A stretch of 58,923 nucleotides of DNA from Hyphochytrium catenoides (lineage: Eukaryota; Protista; Hyphochytriomycota), in NCBI GenBank assembly GCA_900088475.1, contig FLMG01000896.1:1-58923 (forward strand), in the 5' to 3' direction. The translations under genes were made by a program, and so were the position numbers. This document shows positions 50,989 through 58,923 of this stretch, piece by piece. Every line of letters starts with the position of its first letter. Within the stretch, counting starts at the first letter, position 1. The notes under the pieces are model-generated. The model made no database searches. It was not told the origin of the DNA and saw only the letters and a program-made list of their open reading frames with translations.

Positions 50989-51429
50989 ATGCAATTTTTT
51001 GCGGATCTGGTGCCTCTATTGGCAGTGCTGGTGACTGGCCTACAGGCCGGTTGCCTTCTGTTCGTTTCCGCGGTAGACACCCGGTTGTTTCTTCAGCTAG
51101 TGAAACTGAAAAGGGCAGGACATGTTAAAACCATGTTCCCTATCTGGTGGCCGGCCGGGAGAGATTTAATGGCTCCACTTGGAGCGTTGGCAACAATAGC
51201 AAACCTGGCGTCGTACCTCGTCAAAGGCCAGACGGCGTTTGTTTGGGCTGGAGGTCTGACCCTTGGTGTTATTGCTTGGACCATTCTTGTTCTTGGTGAG
51301 GACATAGAGGCTCTTCGCAATGACACGGATAAGGACGTCGAGAACCGCGTTCGCCGTTTTTGCCATTTGCATCATCCCAGAACGGTAGCATCCATCAGTG
51401 CCTTCTGTCTGGTGCTGCTCTCGGTCTAG
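50989..51429 (+). CDS. DUF1772 / anthrone oxygenase-like membrane protein, intronless
   Basis: Four hydrophobic segments. Family-like motifs TGLQAGCLLFVS, WWPAGRDLMAPL, WTILVL...EAL and VRRFCHLHHPRT. Confidence 0.8.
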   Translation: MQFFADLVPLLAVLVTGLQAGCLLFVSAVDTRLFLQLVKLKRAGHVKTMFPIWWPAGRDLMAPLGALATIANLASYLVKGQTAFVWAGGLTLGVIAWTILVLGEDIEALRNDTDKDVENRVRRFCHLHHPRTVASISAFCLVLLSV

Positions 51430-53588
51430 ATATGGTCAATTATGGCTGACCGGTGCATGGCGAGCCAGGAGAACGACATCTGAACGCTGTTCCTGCTGGT
51501 AGGTTTCGGACAAGCACCTTTGTCTTTGTGTTTCCTTCTAGAAGTATTGTCAGCCTTCTTTTTTGGGGCTCTGCGAGGATAGCATGTGTACCCATGTCAA
51601 AATGAAGAAAATGTTACTATTACCAATCCTTTTGTTCTGCGTCGCAATAACTGAGATAGTCTTCTCATGTCTTTATGGATTGCTTTCAAGCTACTGAACG
51701 TCGTCCAGGCAAGGCGAGGAATAATGCAATTAGCAAATTCTGATGATGGCCTTTGGCTATCATTTGACGCTCTAGCTCAAATTATATTCGAGAAGTAATC
51801 GACGAGGAAGCGTCTTGACTCTGTTCCTGTACCTTGACCACTAGCAATAAGGCCAAGGCCTGCTAAAAGGCCACCGGATAGTGACTATGGAGTTTGCTGA
51901 AGGTCAATCCGTGGCCTTTCCTTGAGCTGCCCGAGCTTTACTTAGCAATGACGCTATCTCTACTTACTAGGCTTCGCTTCTTCGACTTAAAAAATGGGGA
52001 ACGAAGAGAGATATGCAATGTGCTAGAACCTAGCTTGAGGGACATGAGCTAGTGGGACAAAGTAAGCGTAATAAGTATAATACAATGAAAGAGAAAGAAA
52101 AGCAGAGACGCGAAGACAGCAAATTGAACAGCAAAATGAGGCAGCAGCACTGAATAGGCAATGTTAAACACATTCATTTTGGTCCCCTTAAACATCAACT
52201 TTTTCAGAGAAAGCACGAGTCATAGTGACTTTTCTCAGCAATATAACAGAAGAGGGAGGAGAACGGAGAAAGAACAAGGAGATGAAGAAGCAACTAGTAG
52301 ACCAGTTACCACTTCGCCACAGGAAGAAGAGACGGAGCTTCTAACTGCTAAGGAGAAGAAGTACGCCTTAGAAGAAGCATCTGAAGCCCATCTTCCTTAT
52401 AAATGGCTACTCTTCTGAGACGCATCAAGCGATGAATGAAGCGATTGATTATTGTTCACTTGGAATCTTCTGCCTATCATTATTAGGTAAAGACCCTTCC
52501 TCTTTTTTTGTGAATAGGATCAGAACCAAAACCTAAACAGAGAAAGAAGCTTCTTCATCGGATGACTCACATCAACCTACCAAGACCTTTTTGAATTAGT
52601 TTGGACAAACAGAACCAAAAATAAGCATTCAACTAGGCACCGCCTCTGGAGTAGGTTAATAAATATATAATAAAAAACGCTGTAGATTGGACAGCTTAAG
52701 TGAATGTCCGAATTTAATAGAAGGTACTTCACTATTCCGAGTCTAAGAGAAGAGGAGTTTGAGAGTTACCCTACGTTGATCGAAAACAAGAATAGAAGGG
52801 AAACCAACTGGATTTTCTAATAAGGCCTATATAAAGAGAAGAAATGATAATGAGTTGTCCGATTCTAATAGGAACCAGTCGGTAGTCGGGCCAAAAAGTC
52901 CTGCAGCAGGTAGTTCCGTGTTCGGTTGTGCGTTACTCGTATCTAGTTCTATTTTGAGGAGCTTTGGCCACACTGTTTGCCTAGAACGATTTCTAGTCTT
53001 CCCCACAATGAGAGATGTGGTGCTGCCAACAGTTCTAGCCTAAAATATCTTAAAGCTCCTCTGATTGGGTAAAACCCTTCTTAGTCCCCCATGATTTGGT
53101 AAAAAGTGCCATCCCTCGTGCTCTGATTGGCTAGCGATGTGATGAGTTTAGTATCAGGGCGGACTCCTAAAGATCATCCATCAACAGAGGCAGCTGGCTC
53201 GAAAATAGCAGGATTTCTTCCCAGCAAACAGAGGTCACAAGACAGAGCTCCAGACAGAGACTGAAGCTCCAGATAAAAGACTAGGGCTCAAGACTCAGGA
53301 GAGAGATAGAGCTGAGGTATTATCGACACCCGATGAAGACAGAGACAGAGCTTGCGACAGAGAGCAGCTGAACCACATTGACAAGGAGAGGATCTCTCAG
53401 AAGCGAGGGCCCCAGCCAGTCAAGCAGCTTCATCCAGCATCGATCTTATCTTACTTCTCATTGTCTGGATACCCGCGGCCTCTCTTTTAAGGCTCCACGC
53501 TGAAGACGGAGACTCCTAGAAGCTCAAACTCTTGCAGATACAGAAGCCAGGACGAGTTCGCTACCTACCCTTGTCGCTCGCCTTCAAC

Positions 53589-54311
53589 ATGATGATGTCA
53601 CAAACCAGTACTTTAGCCCTCCTTGGTGTCTTGCTGTCACTTAACTTAACGGGATCGCAGGCGGTCACTTTATCCATAGATTGGACAAAGGACAATCAGA
53701 CACCAATGGGTATATCTGTCGGGGACTCGGTGATCTTTTCCTTCTCGGATGGACAGACTCTCCATCAGTTCACTAGTGAGACCGCCTTCACCTCCTGCGA
53801 CTTCAACCAAGCGGAGGAGAACAAGGCATCCGACGGAAAGTTTACATTTAAGGCAGAGAAGCCTGGCCCTGTCTACTTCGGTTCCAAGTCTGGCTGCACA
53901 AACGGGCACAAAGTGCAGCTGCAAGTGATTGGCTCGGGAATGCAGTCAGCGCTACCGCCTTTAGGATCGCCTTCCGTCAGCCAGCCCTCTCCCCTACCGT
54001 CCAACTCCAACCAGGGCAAAGATGGCGCTGACTCGGTTAACGATCCTTCCAAACAGGGCAAAGAGACAAAAGGCGGACAAGCGGGTACCGCACCTACCAT
54101 TCCTCCGGTACTTCCAGTGGCCAATAGCGCCGATGGGCCTCAGAAGCCATCTATTCCGCCAGGGGCGGTGCCTGGGGCAAGCGCTTCGAACACTGAAGCG
54201 CCTAACAAGCAGAAGGACGCTTCTGCGTCCTCCAGTCTGCCGCCCTCTACCATCAACCCTCTTCTTCTCTTTTCCTGTGCAGTCCTCACTTTCCTATCGG
54301 TGTCCTATTAG
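53589..54311 (+). CDS. Secreted, probably GPI-anchored phytocyanin/early-nodulin-like cupredoxin with Pro/Ser-rich stalk, intronless
   Basis: Signal peptide MMMSQTSTLALLGVLLSLNLTGSQA. Cupredoxin core IDW...VGDSVIF...AFTSCD...PGPVYFGSKSGCTNGHKVQLQV. P/S/A/G-rich linker. Ends with small residues and a hydrophobic tail (ASASSS...LLLFSCAVLTFLSVSY*). Confidence 0.85.
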   Translation: MMMSQTSTLALLGVLLSLNLTGSQAVTLSIDWTKDNQTPMGISVGDSVIFSFSDGQTLHQFTSETAFTSCDFNQAEENKASDGKFTFKAEKPGPVYFGSKSGCTNGHKVQLQVIGSGMQSALPPLGSPSVSQPSPLPSNSNQGKDGADSVNDPSKQGKETKGGQAGTAPTIPPVLPVANSADGPQKPSIPPGAVPGASASNTEAPNKQKDASASSSLPPSTINPLLLFSCAVLTFLSVSY

Positions 54312-54509
54312 TGATCTAAGTTCCCCGTTGGACCTTATTCTTCTCCTGTGTCTATGCTAGACAGCTTCCTTTCTTCAAGCTCTGATCACACATAACCGTC
54401 GTTTTGTACTCTCTCGGTAAACTTCTACGTTCTCGCGTTATGTGCTCGCGTCGGTAAGGGTGATAACAGCCCCGAGCGGCACTAAGTGCCAGAGCTGCAG
54501 CGTAGCGTC

Positions 54510-55775
54510 TTAAGTCCAGTGATATATTGAAATGTGTGCACCTATCCCAGCAACAAGAAGTTTACCCTGCTCTGTGCTCTGCAAGCTATTGATCTTTTCT
54601 TTGTGCTCTATCGCCTCTCTGATCACTCGGTCGTCCCTTGTCTCAAGAGAACCTGCTCCTCTTTCTTCTGAACGAGCTCTATTCATTGCAGCTTCGATAT
54701 CCCATAGGATAATCTTGCAATCATTGCCTGACGATAGGACAAGATTGTTGGGGCTATCATAAATAGGCTTGTGGACCTGGTTCACTGCCCCTGAGTGCCC
54801 CTGCAAGCACTGTGACACTTTCTTGGTCTTCCAGTCGATCAGGCAGAGCGAATAGTTGCCAAGCGCCGCCACGACTAGCTGTTGGCTCTCCACGTAGTCA
54901 ATATCAAACACAAAGGGTGGATTGACAATCTGCCCTACGGTTGCATCGCTGTCCCCATGCTGTGCCAAAGCGACATTAAGATCCAGTCGATGCAGCAGCC
55001 TGCCTCTGGAGAAGTCCCTGACGTAAGCGGTAACTAGGCTGTCAGGGCCCAGGGAGGACGACAGAAGAGCCACTTGGCCATGCTTACCATAGGCAAATGG
55101 CGCCATCAAGACCCCCTGATAGGATGTGCCACTTTGAGTTTGGCATGAAGTGCAAGCAGTGGCAGATGTTAGTGTGTCCTCCTCTTAGAGTCTTACTAAG
55201 CCTTTGTTGCTTGATGTCATAGACTTTGATACTCCCGCTGTCATCCGCCGCTGCAGTAAGAGAGCTAGGTGAGTTCTCATCGTGATGTCTTCAGGGGCTT
55301 ATAGGGCCAGCACTGCATGGGAGCAAGCGGAGAAGAAATGTTTGTCTTACCTGCCAGGAAGTTCTGGTTTTTAGGGTGACAACTGACTTCGTTGATGTCC
55401 TCGGAGGACGTCAGTCTGCTACCCGCGGGTTCTGATATGATGATGGAGGGCTGTCTGAGGTCATATGTGAGCACTGAGGCCCCAGCAGCGACATATAACA
55501 GGTGCTCGTCAGTAGCTGACCAAGCAATAGAAGAAGGAGTGCCAGCTTCATTTTTCAGAGAAATGCACTTTTCTGCTCTCTGGCTCCTCAGGTCCCACAA
55601 CCTGCATGTTCCATCCTTGACAGGATGTAAGCTGGTTCATGCCTTTCATCGTCTACTTGATCACACTTTGCCTTACCTCTGAGCCTGACGCCAGCTGCTC
55701 TGTCTTAGGGCAGTACGCCAGGCAGTTGACTTCGTCCTTGTGTCCTTTCAGCTCATGTATAAGCCTAGTTCCCAT
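54510..55775 (-). CDS. WDR53: WD40-repeat protein, WDR53-like; 4 exons
   Basis: Reads MGTRLIHELKGHKDEVNCLAY...LASGSE|DGTCRLWD, SEDINEV...NFLA|AADDSGSIKVYD...GGHTNICHCLHF...LSGGLDGAICLW|DFSRG, GQIVNPPFVF, GHSGAVNQV...SSGNDCKIILWD. Confidence 0.85.
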
Positions 55776-57647
55776 CGTTAGCTTCAAATTAATTGCTGTT
55801 TTCTGCAAGACTTTAGCTTCTCTCTTCTGTTGTCTCCATCCGGCTGGCTCTTGCACGCAAGCAGCCATCGCCTCTTCTGTCCTAACAATCCTGGCCCACA
55901 GCTTGCCCCTCGCCTCCTCTCACCTTGTACGGACACTGCTGCTGCTATGTTTCTTCGATCAGAATCCCTTCCAAGCAGAGCAGCGCTGTCATCAGAAGCT
56001 GAAGAAGCTTGGCCCAGAAACATCGTCAGGCACTCCACAGACCTAGGTAATGTGAGGCTCATCACCAATCTACTAATAGTACAGCAAATGTGGGCACCCC
56101 CGGCTACCTATGTACCGGCCTGTGGTGACCCCCACCCAAGAATGCTACAGTAGGAATCATCTCCTCCTGCGTTCTTCAATGCAATGATGGCGCGGATAAC
56201 CTTTCGCTGCTCCAGGGCTATCTCTCCTGATGATGATGAGGGCCGACCATCCACCAGATGAAGCTCAAGCTTGGGCTTTGAGCCTTCAGATGATGGATCC
56301 TCTTGCCCATCTAGGCCGAAGGGGAAGTGCGGACATCGGTGCTTTGAGCCATCTAAAGGCTTGGTCTGCTAGACTAATGCGCAGCCATCGGTTATGATCC
56401 ACTCATACTAGGGACCAACGATCACTCTTCTCGCTAGTCGCAGGAGGTTTCAGACAATTATTTGGGACGTCCAAAGAAGTGAAGCGCCAGTCCTATTGTG
56501 TCTGTTACGGACCAAGCGAGCTATTTATAAGAAGGAAATATCTGAAGAGGCTATGTTTAGCATTGCGCTTCTCACGCTAGCGCTAAGAGGTAGTTAGTTG
56601 GGCAGCAAGCTGCTGTTGCCCTGGGTGGAATGAGACGATGCTTTATAGATGCATATTATGGAAGAGCCGTTAAGTAGGGCAAGCTCGAACTTTGGCTGAC
56701 TCCTGCTTCTCTTCTATGTTGCCCTAGCTCCTCTGAGCATCGTACAGCGGTGGCGGTTGTCCTGCTGTTTAGGTTATATCGAAGCTATCTACTTTAGCTC
56801 CCACGCATACCGCTTGGATGACTCATTGATTAACGGGCCTCCAACTCCTTGACCCCTGGATGTTGGCTAGAGACCTTCAGCTGTTGGTCTCCACCTAAAG
56901 AGAAGAAGAAAAGCGCTAGTAGTAGGCCCTATCTACCATCCTAGCGCCGACGAGTACTGCTGCTCATCGATAGCCAACAAAGACCAATGACGACGACTGG
57001 GAACCTGATGATATAAGAAGGAGGTTAAGACGCAGCAGTTTCCCTGGTTCGTTAGCGAGTGATCCCAGTGCCTTCATCATCTCCTTCTTATGCTGCTTGG
57101 TCTACGATGTTAGACATATAGGAGCCAAGAGACATCAAGCTCTGAGTTGAGGAGACCAACGCAGTCAAAAGAGAATAGAACCCAGCTCTCCCTCACTGTC
57201 ATCAGGAAGCGACAAGACCGTCACCATAGGACGGCTCTTTCTATAGGCGCGGGCGGCAAGCTGCTGCTTGCGTGAAAGGCTTGTCTGGCCGGCGTTGCTC
57301 ACTTGTAGATACCTTACAGCGCCGTCCCGCTGCGGAGTCTGGCGCGTTAGTTGGGCGCCCATTGTCCTTTCTCAGTCAGCTCCCGCCCCTCCGCTCCACG
57401 TCTTCACTCTATTCTGGGTTCTCTCTCCTTCAGCACAGCCGGGCCCTCAGGGCTCTCATCACAAAAGGTCACCTCGCCGGCCCGTGACCTCTCCCTTGCC
57501 TCGCCATGTCTCTTCCCTGGCCCGATCCTGGCGGGAGAAGTCTTCCAGGCCGCTGGGAACATAGGGGTGAGGACCTTGGATGGGGACCTTTCTTCACTCA
57601 TTGCCTGGGCTTTCCTCTTTGTCAACAAAGTAACAATCAAGTTGCAC

Positions 57648-57683
<36 letters not shown>

Positions 57684-58317
57684 CGTGTTTGGAATGATGT
57701 GTGCGGGGAGGAAGAGAGGACAAAAGAAAGAAGCAAGCAAGAAGATCAAGAGGATGAGGGAAGGGACGGACAGACAGAGTCGGAAAGAGGAGAAGAGTAG
57801 GTGTGAAGGCAATGACCAATCAACAGCAGTCGAGACAGAGCCAAGAGAAGGGTTAAAGAAGGCGGTACTTTGTCACAGTCAGGAAGAGAGAGAAGGGGTT
57901 GGAGAGAGAGACAGAGAGAGAGAGAGAGAAGGCCGGGAAGGGACGGGAAGAACGGACACACTCATTGTCTGTGGTGCTCAACTGTTGTGCCCTTTCATCC
58001 TTGCGAGTCAGATGCTACTTGGCGAGTCAAAAGAGTGAGCCGAAGAAGACAGAGCGTGAAGGGGGCAACACAGAGAGAGAGAGAGAGAGAGAGACAGGTA
58101 ATGATGGACTGGGACCTCTGGCAACTGTTATGCTTGATATAGCACATATAACTCTCACTTATCCGGTAGACCTATATTCTTTATGCCGAATGTGGTTTGT
58201 AGCTCAATAATATCCACCAGAGTAGCCGCTAACGTCCATGGAAGGTGGTCCTGAAACGGACACGTCTCTGAAAGGACAGCCCAGCAGCTGGAAAACCCTT
58301 GTCAGAGCATCTCTCTT

Positions 58318-58401
<84 letters not shown>

Positions 58402-58923
58402 TCCCTCACACACACAAACTCACACAAACACTTTCCCTTTTCTCTCTCCTTACTCGCTCGCTCGCTCTCAAAAGCCGTCCACTCTGACTCTTAGGTAGTC
58501 GCTCTCTTCTTCTCCCTCTCTTGCCTCTCACTCGCTCCATTTTATCTTCCTGGTTGTACATCATGCACTATCCGGCTATGATTTCTTGCGTCTCTCTCTC
58601 TCTTTACCTCCGCCTTTCATGCCTCTCCCCTTGACTAACTAGGTGGTCTCTCCTCTCACACTCTGTCTTGGGTCTCTCTCTCTCTCCTTCTCTTCTTCCC
58701 CCTTCCCTGCACGATCTTACTCCTCTCACAATGACATTGCAACGCTGTGACCCAGACGTAGTCCACACTCCTCACTCTTCTCTTTCCAGCCGCAAGATTG
58801 ATACTTCCGTCTCTCCCTCTCATCACGTCCTCTCGTCTGTCTCGAGGTCCTTAACTTTGTATCGCTCAGTATTAAAAGGCACTCAGCCCTCTCTTTCTTC
58901 CTCCAACTCTCTCTCTCTCTCTC

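Noticed and set aside
53060-53132. Repeated tgattgg (reverse CCAAT) boxes upstream of the phytocyanin-like gene
   Set aside because: The motif is short and common, so it cannot be supported as functional without transcription-start data.
57165-57601. Overlapping GC-rich ORFs (MSEERSPSKVLTP...)
   Set aside because: No recognisable domain and no convincing splice model. An orphan or decayed gene cannot be excluded.

Overview
Eukaryotic, intron-rich genomic DNA with GT-AG introns, abundant (CT)n/(AG)n tracts and four N-gaps (about 3403-3495, 37053-37071, 44712-44742, 48769-48810). Gene content suggests a stramenopile or ochrophyte alga, which is an inference. Splicing exons by hand gives these genes in order: Nopp140/SRP40-like nucleolar protein (+), proteasome beta-6 subunit PSMB1/PRE7 (-), pinin with a C-terminal SAP-like motif (-), LIMK/TESK-like TKL kinase (-), CAF1/POP2 deadenylase (+), mitochondrial ATPase inhibitor IF1 (-), a probable PhyH-like dioxygenase pseudogene (-), PP2A B'' regulatory subunit (-), an N-myristoylated NEDD4-type HECT ligase with an unusual triple repeat in place of C2/WW domains (-), a small orphan protein with acylation and PPxY motifs (+), a GT48 1,3-beta-glucan synthase with an N-terminal MIT-like domain (-), an intronless DUF1772 membrane protein (+), a GPI-anchored phytocyanin-like protein lacking copper ligands (+) and WDR53 (-). 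I found no tRNA, rRNA, CRISPR array or intact transposase. The best candidate for an undescribed system is the adjacent trio of HECT ligase, acylated PY-motif protein and MIT-glucan synthase (31778-48155). It could be a ubiquitin/ESCRT control module for a glucan synthase, but this rests only on motifs and adjacency.
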